A stretch of DNA of 64,000 bases from Bacteroidota bacterium (lineage in GTDB: Bacteria > Bacteroidota > Bacteroidia > Flavobacteriales > Weeksellaceae): positions 116,796 through 180,795 of the forward strand of contig JAFAGO010000029.1 of assembly GCA_023422635.1 (NCBI GenBank), in the 5' to 3' direction. Positions 41,365 to 49,369 of this stretch are shown here, in pieces (position 1 is the stretch's first letter; every line of letters begins with the position of its first letter). A model generated the notes under the pieces. It saw only the letters and a list, made by a program, of their open reading frames with translations, had not been told where the DNA came from and did not search any database. The position numbers were made by a program, and so were the translations under genes.

Positions 41365-42933
41365 TTACTTTTCTGAGTCCGTACGCATCGGCTGTTTCTG
41401 AACCGGCCATTTGGTAGATTCTCCATTATTGTTGTACGGCATAATTCTTTTTTCTCTGCTATTAAAATGAGGATCTTCCGAAGCCATATACGCCAAAGTT
41501 GCCGTAAGAATTACATTGCTTTTCACTTCGTCAAAAATAATTTTATCGTATGTATCTTTATTGGTATGCCAAGTATAACCGAAATAGCCCCAATTCAGCG
41601 AACCGAGCATGAATGCGGGAACTCCGGCTGCAACAAATGACGAGTGATCCGAACCTCCTCCACTTGGCATTCCAGGGAAATCAGTTTTAATATGATCGCG
41701 AATATTTTTTGGAACGGCACTTAAATACCTTCCAATAAAATCATAAGAATCGGCGAAACCTTGTCCACCCAAACTCACCACTCTACCCGTTCCGTTATCT
41801 TGATTAAAAACAGCTTGAATGCCCTTCACGATTTCTGGGTGATCCGCGACAAAAGCGCGCGAGCCATTCAATCCTTGCTCTTCGCTTCCCCAAAGACCAA
41901 TAATAATGGTTCGTTTATTATTAGGATAGATTTTTTTTAGAATTCTGATGGTTTCCAACATCGTTAAAGTGCCCGTTCCGTTATCTGTCGCTCCTTGTGC
42001 GCCATCCCATGAATCCAAATGCGCAGAAAGAACAACGTACTCGTTTGGTTTTTCTTTTCCTAAAATCATCCCAACGGTATTAAAAGTGGTTGCTTTAGGA
42101 AGTGATTTTGATTCTATTTGGAACTTAATTCTTGGCTTTATACCTTGTTCTGCTAGTCGATACAAACTTCCGTAATCTTCCAATTCAATATCGAACATTG
42201 GAATTTTTTTCGTTTTCGCGCTGAAGATTCTATTTGCTCCCATCACTCCTGTCCAATTTGATATAGCGATTCCTGCAGCTCCCGCTTTTTCTAAGACTTC
42301 GGGTAAGGAATTTTGATCGTATCCAATCTTTCTGAAATAGGCAATGAAATTTTGATTCGCCGAATCTTTTTCAGCTTTGAGTTTCTCATAAAGTTCTGGC
42401 GTTGCAAAATCTTTTATTTGTTCATCGGATCTGCCGATTTTTTGGTATTGCGAAATGAGAACAACTTTCCCCTTTACACTTGGTAGAAAAGCTTCAAAAT
42501 CTGCTTTATTCGAAACATTAGGTAATACGACAACTTCTGCTTCAATCGGCTTTTTCGTTGAAGGGCTCCATGCCAATTGCATTGCGTTGAGGGTTTTAAT
42601 TCGTGGAGCAATCATATCGATATGCGTAATTCCTCGTTGCCAACCTTTCCACGTTCCATACGCTTCGTTGGAAGCATCAATTCCCCAAGAATTCATTTTT
42701 GAAACTGCCCATTGATGTGCTTGTAGCATTTCGGGAGTGCCGGCCAAACGAGGGCCAATACCATCAAGAAGTTCAAATGCCATCGATTCTAATTGAGAAT
42801 TGGTATTGACTTCATCCACAAATTTTTGAACAATAGGTTGCAGGTTTTCTGTAGAATGTTCTAATTGTTGTCCAAAATAAAAAGTAAAATTTTGTAGCAA
42901 AAAAAAGAGTGCAATAAATATGGTTTTCTTCAT
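41365..42933 (-). CDS. M28-family aminopeptidase with PA domain
   Basis: Signal peptide and zinc ligand motifs HLDSWDGAQGATDNGTG and GLWGSEEQGLNGS. Confidence 0.85.
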   Translation of the reverse strand: MKKTIFIALFFLLQNFTFYFGQQLEHSTENLQPIVQKFVDEVNTNSQLESMAFELLDGIGPRLAGTPEMLQAHQWAVSKMNSWGIDASNEAYGTWKGWQRGITHIDMIAPRIKTLNAMQLAWSPSTKKPIEAEVVVLPNVSNKADFEAFLPSVKGKVVLISQYQKIGRSDEQIKDFATPELYEKLKAEKDSANQNFIAYFRKIGYDQNSLPEVLEKAGAAGIAISNWTGVMGANRIFSAKTKKIPMFDIELEDYGSLYRLAEQGIKPRIKFQIESKSLPKATTFNTVGMILGKEKPNEYVVLSAHLDSWDGAQGATDNGTGTLTMLETIRILKKIYPNNKRTIIIGLWGSEEQGLNGSRAFVADHPEIVKGIQAVFNQDNGTGRVVSLGGQGFADSYDFIGRYLSAVPKNIRDHIKTDFPGMPSGGGSDHSSFVAAGVPAFMLGSLNWGYFGYTWHTNKDTYDKIIFDEVKSNVILTATLAYMASEDPHFNSREKRIMPYNNNGESTKWPVQKQPMRTDSEK

Positions 42934-43061
42934 AAGAATATCAGTTGTGATAAAGATAATACTATTTTGAATCTTTCACAAAATCTGAAATTTTGAAGAA
43001 ATTAATGATTGAAATAAATAACATTTGAACTGGAAATAAACAGTAAACGAAAACGCATAAA

Positions 43062-43099
43062 AAATCCCGAAACGCCATTTAAATAGCACTTCGGGATTT
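43062..43099 (-). terminator. Hairpin plus T-run, inferred original terminator of tRNA-Arg now separated from it
   Basis: Perfect AAATCCCGAA/TTCGGGATTT stem directly abutting the left 18-bp tRNA 3'-end copy. Confidence 0.6.
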
Positions 43100-43116
43100 G
43101 TAGACCCATGAGGAAT
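43099..43116. repeat. Left att direct repeat (duplicated tRNA-Arg 3' end)
   Basis: TGTAGACCCATGAGGAAT, identical to 49370-49387. Confidence 0.9.
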
Positions 43117-43250
43117 ATAAATACGGTATTATCCTAAATTAGATTGAATTTACAGATTTTCAAATAAAATCATAAATACCTGATTATCAATATACATAAA
43201 TACTATAAAATTAAAATAGGTTAAAATGGATTTTAAATAAAAAAACATTT

Positions 43251-43271
43251 GGTTCTCCAACGGTTCTCCAA
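43251..43271 (+). repeat. Tandem GGTTCTCCAA x2 (candidate arm-type recombinase site, left)
   Basis: GGTTCTCCAAcGGTTCTCCAA. The same tandem recurs at 49306-49326. Confidence 0.6.
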
Positions 43272-43286
43272 GTTTTAGAATTATGC

Positions 43287-43294
43287 TATATTTG
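43287..43294 (+). promoter_or_regulatory. Candidate -7 box (TATATTTG) for the integrase gene
   Basis: Matches TAnnTTTG 21 nt upstream of the int ATG and just downstream of the tandem repeats. Confidence 0.35.
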
Positions 43295-43315
43295 TAATGT
43301 TCAAACTTTACCGCT

Positions 43316-44659
43316 ATGGCAACCGCAAATTTTCTTATCCGTTCAAAGAAAGACAACTCTACCATTTTCCTATCTTTTTCAATAGATAGACAAAATAAAT
43401 TCAGACGTGCAACACGTGAAACCGTAAACCCTGAAAATTGGAACGGAAAAATAAATGCTACAGGGAAACCCAAAAATATCAAGTCAGGAACAAAGAGTTT
43501 TTTAACTGACCACGAAAACCTAAAACAAAGACTTTCTGCATTACAGAATTTCGTACTGAATCAATACGCCCAAAGGACAGAAACCGAAATAATAAACGGT
43601 GATTGGCTGGATGAGGTTATAAACGCATTTTACAACGATGGGAAAAGGACTATTGAACTTGATTTCATAGATAATTATTTAACGCATTACAAAACCAATA
43701 TACTACCATTCCGCAAGTACAGAGGACAACCAATAACCCACCGCACACAGCAGAAACAGGAAACTATTATTTCAAAATTTCAGGAATTTTTAACTACTGA
43801 AAAGAAACGCCCAAAAGTATCAGATTACAATTTGGCAATGGGAAACCGTTTTGTATTGTTTTTGCGAGGTCAAAACCTTTCTGATAATACCGTAGGAAAG
43901 TATCTAAAATACACCAAAACCATTTTTAAAAGTGCAAGACAGGAAAACATTCAACTGAATGAGCAGATAGACGAAATTAAGGGATTTACTGTTGATACAC
44001 CTACACACTATCTTACAGTACATGAACTTTTGAAAATTCAGGATTTGAAATTAGTAGGTAACGAAAAACTACAATTAACACGAGATTGGTTAATTATCGG
44101 ATGCTACACAGGACAAAGAGCATCTGACCTATTTTCAATGACTAAAAAGAAAATTGTAAACATAAACGGTAGAGATTTCATAAACTTGGTACAAAAGAAA
44201 ACTAAACAAAATGTTCCTGTACCTATTCACAATGAAGTGAAGAAAATTTTAGAAAAATACAACGGTGATTTTCCGCCTGTATTTTCAACAAATATTGAGA
44301 GCAGTAAAACAATATTCAACACCCATTTAGAAACCGTTTGTAAACTTGCAAATATTGACCGTTTAGAATATGGTAGAGTTTACGACAAAGGAAAAAAATG
44401 TTATGTTTTTGGAAACTATCCATTTTATCAATTGGTATCCTCACACGTTTGTCGTAGAACTTTTGCAACAATGTATTACAGTAAAATTCCCACAGCAATA
44501 ATAATGAGTGTTACAGGACACAAAACAGAAAAAGAGTTTTTGGGATACATTGGTATTGAGAACAGCACATTATCAGAACAGATGTTTACATATTGGGAAC
44601 AGTTTGACAAACAACAAACCCAAAAAACCCAAATCAGAAACCCAAAAACCGCAAATTAA
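43316..44659 (+). CDS. int: Tyrosine-type site-specific integrase
   Basis: 447 aa. Bacteroidota Arm-DNA-binding-like N-terminus. Catalytic pattern GQRASD ... SHVCRRTF ... GHKTEKEFLGY. Confidence 0.9.
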   Translation: MATANFLIRSKKDNSTIFLSFSIDRQNKFRRATRETVNPENWNGKINATGKPKNIKSGTKSFLTDHENLKQRLSALQNFVLNQYAQRTETEIINGDWLDEVINAFYNDGKRTIELDFIDNYLTHYKTNILPFRKYRGQPITHRTQQKQETIISKFQEFLTTEKKRPKVSDYNLAMGNRFVLFLRGQNLSDNTVGKYLKYTKTIFKSARQENIQLNEQIDEIKGFTVDTPTHYLTVHELLKIQDLKLVGNEKLQLTRDWLIIGCYTGQRASDLFSMTKKKIVNINGRDFINLVQKKTKQNVPVPIHNEVKKILEKYNGDFPPVFSTNIESSKTIFNTHLETVCKLANIDRLEYGRVYDKGKKCYVFGNYPFYQLVSSHVCRRTFATMYYSKIPTAIIMSVTGHKTEKEFLGYIGIENSTLSEQMFTYWEQFDKQQTQKTQIRNPKTAN

Positions 44660-44683
44660 TTTTTAACCCTAAATATTTTTATC

Positions 44684-44953
44684 ATGGAAAAACCATTAGC
44701 ATCATTTGAAAAAGATTTAAAAAAATTGGAAAACTTGGTACATTCTATTAAAACTATGAATACCGATACAGAGAACCGATTATTTGATTTTGAAACAAAC
44801 TTTAATGAACAAAAAGTACGCATTGAAGATTTAGAGCCAATGTATAGAAACAGTTTCTCGATAAATGAACTACTGGAACTAATTACCGAAATGAACTTAC
44901 AGGAACGTTTTACAGATTATTCCAATGCAACTTATCAAAAGGTTTATAATTAG
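44684..44953 (+). CDS. Hypothetical protein
   Basis: 89-aa ORF 24 nt after int, predicted helical. No recognisable motif. Confidence 0.45.
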   Translation: MEKPLASFEKDLKKLENLVHSIKTMNTDTENRLFDFETNFNEQKVRIEDLEPMYRNSFSINELLELITEMNLQERFTDYSNATYQKVYN

Positions 44954-44965
44954 AACCAATTTCTT

Positions 44966-44997
44966 ATATTTCATTTTATAAAAAAATATTTCATTTT
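44966..44997 (+). repeat. 12-bp direct repeat ATATTTCATTTT x2 upstream of higB (candidate operator)
   Basis: Copies at 44966-44977 and 44986-44997, spaced 20 bp start to start. Confidence 0.5.
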
Positions 44998-45012
44998 CTG
45001 AAACTTTATTTT

Positions 45013-45020
45013 TAACTTTG
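45013..45020 (+). promoter_or_regulatory. Candidate -7 box (TAACTTTG) for higBA
   Basis: Matches TAnnTTTG and ends 4 nt before the higB ATG, implying a leaderless or near-leaderless mRNA. Confidence 0.3.
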
Positions 45021-45024
45021 TCCT

Positions 45025-45318
45025 ATGGTGATTATCTCGAAAAAGATTCTAAAAGAATACGCAGAATTACACCCGAAACATAGCGCACCATTAGAACGTT
45101 GGTATGATATAACCGAAAATGCGGACTGGAAAAACTTTGCAGAATTAAAAAACGATTTCAATAGTGCAGATAATGTGGGCGATAGTCTTTTTGTATTCAA
45201 CATTAAAGGGAATGATTGCCGATTGGTAGCACGTATATTTTTTAATGTAAGAACTGTTTTTATCCGTTTTATAGGAACACATCCCGAATACGACAAACTA
45301 AATTTAAAAGAGCTTTAA
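45025..45318 (+). CDS. higB: Type II toxin HigB (RelE-fold mRNA interferase, HigB_toxin family)
   Basis: 97 aa. W..W....DW...A....F...D pattern, FNIKGNDCRLV and the IRFIGTHPEYDK signature. Confidence 0.85.
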   Translation: MVIISKKILKEYAELHPKHSAPLERWYDITENADWKNFAELKNDFNSADNVGDSLFVFNIKGNDCRLVARIFFNVRTVFIRFIGTHPEYDKLNLKEL

Positions 45319-45319
45319 G

Positions 45320-45682
45320 ATGAAAATAACAAACGAAAAACAATATAACACCGCCTTAAACCTCATTAATGAGATAATGAAAAAAGGGGAAGATAATGTA
45401 TCGGAAAAAGAATTGGAAACCTTGCAAACATTAACCAACGAAGTTAAAGAATACGAGAACCAATACTATCAATTTCCTGCACCAAAAACCATTATCGAAA
45501 TGGTGAAAATAAAAATGTTTGAAAAAGAGATGAGCCAAACGGAACTATCGAAAAAAACGAATATTCCTTTGCCTAAACTAAACCAAATATTAAAGGGCAA
45601 CCGAAAACCCGATATAGATTTTCTGAAAGGTATTTACCACAACCTAAATATTTCTGCAGATTTCATTTTTAGTAGAATTTAA
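45320..45682 (+). CDS. higA: Antitoxin HigA (XRE-type HTH)
   Basis: 120 aa, 1 nt after higB. C-terminal HTH MSQTELSKKTNIPLPKLNQILKGNRKPDIDFL. Confidence 0.8.
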   Translation: MKITNEKQYNTALNLINEIMKKGEDNVSEKELETLQTLTNEVKEYENQYYQFPAPKTIIEMVKIKMFEKEMSQTELSKKTNIPLPKLNQILKGNRKPDIDFLKGIYHNLNISADFIFSRI

Positions 45683-45687
45683 TACAG

Positions 45688-45711
45688 GGTGCAGAAATGC
45701 ACCTTTTTTTT
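45688..45711 (+). terminator. Rho-independent terminator after higA
   Basis: GGTGCA/TGCACC stem with a GAAA loop, followed by T8. Confidence 0.7.
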
Positions 45712-45731
45712 AACGTTCAAACCCACAACCT

Positions 45732-46682
45732 ATGAGTGACGATATTCGGATTCAAATATTTAATAATTTCGATGAATTTCAAATAAATTTTAGTCCGAAA
45801 AAAATTGAAAAAGAATTAATACAAAAGGATGTAAAATATGAGGACTATTTAGAGCATCTTAAAGATATTTACATTGATATTTATGAAGTTCTTACGGATA
45901 GATTAGATAGTTTAAAAAACCTACAAACGTTAGTATCAAATCATTATGAAACAATTATTAACATTGATTTTCTAAAAGATAATAGTTCTTATAATCCTTC
46001 ACTCTCAAAAGATTTATTAATTCAAAAACAAAAAGATATTTACATTGATAAAATATTTAATTCAATAAATAATTTAAATAAATTAGGAAAAAAAATAAGA
46101 TTTCAATTACAAAGTGACGACTTTAAAGAAAATTACAACTTTGAAGATTATCAAGATTATGATTTTGAAATTCTCAATGATAATATTAGCGAAAATATTT
46201 CTGAAGATGATTATTTAAAAAAAGAGGTTACAAAAATTCTCTTATTCTTAAATAACAGAATAAATGACGAACATTCAAAGATTGTAGAATATATCGAAAC
46301 TAAAAGTAATGTTAATAAGAAGAAATTACCACATATTGAAAGTCTTGAAAAAGTTCTTTATGATAGTGTAGATAGAGATAAATCAAACACTTTAGCCAAC
46401 GAGGTTTTTTTTGGTGATTTAGGAAAATTAGAATTACTAATTTTTTTTAATGAAAACTTTACTATATCAGCAAAAAACTTTACTGATAAAACAAAATACA
46501 CGCAGATATATTTTTATTTAACTTCAATTTGTGAACACAACATTCCTAAAAAACCCTATCAAGAATTAGTAAAAAACTTGTTTGGATATGATTATAAAGG
46601 TGCAGAAATAAAGGGAACAACTTATAAACACCAAACTTTTTTAGGAAAAATACATTCAGACTTCAAAGACATAAAAAGTTAG
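45732..46682 (+). CDS. Hypothetical protein (orphan cargo)
   Basis: 316-aa uninterrupted ORF, very AT-rich, rich in Asn/Lys/Asp/Ile. No motif recognised. Confidence 0.55.
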   Translation: MSDDIRIQIFNNFDEFQINFSPKKIEKELIQKDVKYEDYLEHLKDIYIDIYEVLTDRLDSLKNLQTLVSNHYETIINIDFLKDNSSYNPSLSKDLLIQKQKDIYIDKIFNSINNLNKLGKKIRFQLQSDDFKENYNFEDYQDYDFEILNDNISENISEDDYLKKEVTKILLFLNNRINDEHSKIVEYIETKSNVNKKKLPHIESLEKVLYDSVDRDKSNTLANEVFFGDLGKLELLIFFNENFTISAKNFTDKTKYTQIYFYLTSICEHNIPKKPYQELVKNLFGYDYKGAEIKGTTYKHQTFLGKIHSDFKDIKS

Positions 46683-46751
46683 CATATTTTAAATAAGAAT
46701 AAAAAGGTAATGAAATAGGAATAAAACCCGAATAACTCATTATTTCCTTTG

Positions 46752-46773
46752 TACTGTTCAATTTAAAACAGTA
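46752..46773 (+). promoter_or_regulatory. Inverted repeat TACTGTT-N8-AACAGTA just upstream of the xis-like gene
   Basis: Perfect 7-bp arms ending 5 nt before the ATG at 46779. Confidence 0.4.
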
Positions 46774-46778
46774 TAAAG

Positions 46779-47054
46779 ATGACATCAATTCAGTTTATCG
46801 GTTTAGAGCCGACCGCCTTAATTCAGGAAATAACCGCACAGGTTAAAAATTCCTTACTTCCCGAACTCACAAAAACTTTACAGAACGATAATCTCGAATA
46901 CCTTTCCGCTGAACAGGTATGTAAAAGATTATCCATTACAAAACCAACCTTACACGAATGGAAAAAACGAAAAATTATCCGTTCGTTCAAATTAGGTGCG
47001 CGGGTATATTACCGCTGGGATGAGGTGCAAAATGCAATGATTATTAACGATTAA
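46779..47054 (+). CDS. xis: Excisionase-like helix-turn-helix protein (MerR/HTH_17 type)
   Basis: 91 aa. LSAEQVCKRLSITKPTLHEWKKRKIIRSFKLGARVYYRWDEV is typical of Xis/AlpA-type HTH. Confidence 0.7.
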   Translation: MTSIQFIGLEPTALIQEITAQVKNSLLPELTKTLQNDNLEYLSAEQVCKRLSITKPTLHEWKKRKIIRSFKLGARVYYRWDEVQNAMIIND

Positions 47055-47065
47055 TTTTTATTGCA

Positions 47066-47473
47066 ATGGAAAAAAAGACGTTCATTCCCGACAGTTACAA
47101 AATGGTTTATTCTTTTGACCTCGCAAAAAAGACCTTTGCACAATTCAAATTACAAACCGCAGAAAAACCGCTATTATCTAACCTTATCCGTTTAGAGAAA
47201 AACAAAGGTTACAATTTAATTAAAGATGCAATTCTACTATTGCGAATCCGAAATGCAACTAATTGGAGTAAATGCAATCTTTCAGGATTAAGAGCAACGG
47301 ATGTGCCTGATTTTTACTATTCAGATTTGCCGATAAACAGCGTAAAATCTTTGTGTATCGTGAAATACCTTTCCGATGTTGGAACAATCGAAATACGCGC
47401 CTGTAAACAATTCTATCCGCACAACAAAACCGACCGTACCCGATTGGTAAACTACCTTATACAAAACTTTTAA
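47066..47473 (+). CDS. Hypothetical protein
   Basis: 135-aa ORF 11 nt after xis. No motif recognised. Confidence 0.5.
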   Translation: MEKKTFIPDSYKMVYSFDLAKKTFAQFKLQTAEKPLLSNLIRLEKNKGYNLIKDAILLLRIRNATNWSKCNLSGLRATDVPDFYYSDLPINSVKSLCIVKYLSDVGTIEIRACKQFYPHNKTDRTRLVNYLIQNF

Positions 47474-47482
47474 GAACAAAAA

Positions 47483-47509
47483 AAAGGGAGTGCAAACCGC
47501 ATTCCCTTT
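47483..47509 (+). terminator. Candidate terminator hairpin
   Basis: AAAGGGAGTGC/GCATTCCCTTT stem with one G-U pair. The T-run is short. Confidence 0.45.
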
Positions 47510-47563
47510 ATAGGCGTTCAAACCTCACAACAGTCAAACCATTGATTTTACAAAGATAACAAA

Positions 47564-48853
47564 ATGCTGGATAATATAAAGTTTAGAATCAAAGATAAAA
47601 CAGTAATAAATAAATTACTGTTACATTCTGATTTTACACCTTTGTATTCACGTGTTAATTCATTAGCGAAATACAAACACAAAGACATTGGAGCAAAGTT
47701 ACATTTTGAACTTAAAAAAGAGTTTGTAAATGGACAATTTGCAGGATATGAGTTTGCAGATTTATGTATAAGTCCGCACTATTATTTTAACCAATACCGC
47801 CACAATGGTAACGATTTCACGCCCGAAAATTGCATCAATTCCGTTTATGATATTCTTACCTACATTGGAATAAAACCTAACGAATTTAACGCACTAAAAG
47901 TAGTAAACCTCGAATTTGGTTTGAATCTCATTCCTGAAACTGATATAAAAACAATCATCAATGGACTTTTGTTTTACGGAAAAACGCCTTTTAAAGTTGG
48001 TAATTTTCCATACTTCAAAAAGACCGATGCAACCGCCTACAAATTCATAAAGGCATACGCCAAAGGATTACAATTTATTGAAGTTCCCGAATACGGTATA
48101 CATCCTAACACATTCAGATTTGAGATTAAAACGAAAGAGGCAAAATACTTAAGAACTGATGAAATCAGAATCTACAATGCAACAGACTTGCTGAAATTAG
48201 ATACTTATAGCCGATTAGGGCAAACCTTATTGAATGAATGGGAAAATGTATTGATAACGAATTTAACGCCTGATTTGAAAGGTTTAAAATCCGATGAAGT
48301 GAAGTATCTCACAAATGCCAAAACCTTTGATTTTTGGCAGGGAATAATCACTAAAAAACACCGAAATACATTCGGCATAAACAAGGTAAAATACTTCAAA
48401 ATACTTCAAGGGAAAAACAATCTGCACACCCAAATAAAACTACAAATTATTGACAAATTATTTACTTTTTCAAAATGTGCAAATTCCACACAGAGAACAC
48501 CGATAAATAGGGGAAAAGTGCAAAACTCAAAAAACACCTTAACCCTGATAAACGTGGAAAATGCACATTTCAATAAATGTTTAGTAACGGGATTAGATAT
48601 TTCAATGCAGAAAACAAGTAGTAAATTTTTGTGTCATTCAGGACTAAAATATTATAAAGAGAATAAACCTACAATTTACAAAGAATTGGAAAAAAAATAT
48701 TTGAAAGATAAACAAAGAAGTGAGAGTGAGGAAAGACAAATATATTTAATCTGTAAAAACATAAGGGACGTTGATAGTAATCCACGCAACAACAGGAAAC
48801 AGTTTGAGAAACGGAACTATCATCCGAATCAATTACAATTTAGATTTCTGTAA
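47564..48853 (+). CDS. Hypothetical protein (possible element replication/maintenance factor, speculative)
   Basis: 429-aa ORF, the largest cargo gene. It has a basic C-terminal tail with a C-x20-C pair and is followed by ~500 bp of non-coding AT-rich DNA. Confidence 0.55.
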   Translation: MLDNIKFRIKDKTVINKLLLHSDFTPLYSRVNSLAKYKHKDIGAKLHFELKKEFVNGQFAGYEFADLCISPHYYFNQYRHNGNDFTPENCINSVYDILTYIGIKPNEFNALKVVNLEFGLNLIPETDIKTIINGLLFYGKTPFKVGNFPYFKKTDATAYKFIKAYAKGLQFIEVPEYGIHPNTFRFEIKTKEAKYLRTDEIRIYNATDLLKLDTYSRLGQTLLNEWENVLITNLTPDLKGLKSDEVKYLTNAKTFDFWQGIITKKHRNTFGINKVKYFKILQGKNNLHTQIKLQIIDKLFTFSKCANSTQRTPINRGKVQNSKNTLTLINVENAHFNKCLVTGLDISMQKTSSKFLCHSGLKYYKENKPTIYKELEKKYLKDKQRSESEERQIYLICKNIRDVDSNPRNNRKQFEKRNYHPNQLQFRFL

Positions 48854-49305
48854 TCTCTACTAATTGTAGATTGGCAGAAAATCAAATTTGAAAAAACGAT
48901 TTTTTTAGTTAAAATTTAGAGGGGCGGGGTATTTTTTCACTTCGCCTTTTGCGTTTTTTTCCTCTAACAATATATATACTACTATAAAACAGGTCATTAA
49001 CTCAATATAATTTATATATAACGAACTACTACAAAAGACATAAAAACTACATAGAAACCTAAAAATCAAAACATTACAACACAAACAAAGTCAATATTAA
49101 ATTATCTACCTGATAAAGAGGTATTGGTTTAGTATAAATGGACTGGTATAGTACCATAAGATTTTTAATAAAGTGTTTAAAAACTTAAAATATAAAGATG
49201 TTGAAATATGGAAAGTCAAGAATTTGAATCTCTCACCAATTTAGGTGAGCAAAAAGGAAAAACCGAAATAAAAAAAAACACGTTTAAAATGTAAAAATTC
49301 AAACT

Positions 49306-49326
49306 GGTTCTCCAATGGTTCTCCAA
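49306..49326 (+). repeat. Tandem GGTTCTCCAA x2 (candidate arm-type site, right)
   Basis: GGTTCTCCAAtGGTTCTCCAA, in the same orientation as 43251-43271. Confidence 0.6.
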
Positions 49327-49329
49327 AAT

Positions 49330-49358
49330 AAAAAAAACACCCTGAAAATCAGAGTGTT
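49330..49358 (-). terminator. Element-encoded terminator immediately downstream of the tRNA-Arg 3' end
   Basis: On the minus strand: AACACTCTGA/TCAGGGTGTT stem with one mismatch, followed by T8. Confidence 0.6.
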
Positions 49359-49369
49359 AATTACAATTA

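Noticed and set aside
43150-43482. 110-aa minus-strand ORF overlapping the integrase start and promoter
   Set aside because: It spans the arm-type repeats and the int 5' end in antisense. It has a hydrophobic, low-complexity translation and no independent support.
45012-45296. 94-aa minus-strand ORF antisense to higB
   Set aside because: higB on the plus strand has a strong family signature. The antisense ORF is a shadow.
49208-49294. 28-aa mini-ORF (MESQEFESLTNLGEQKGKTEIKKNTFKM) in the right non-coding arm of the element
   Set aside because: Too short to support from sequence alone, with no obvious promoter or conservation evidence available.
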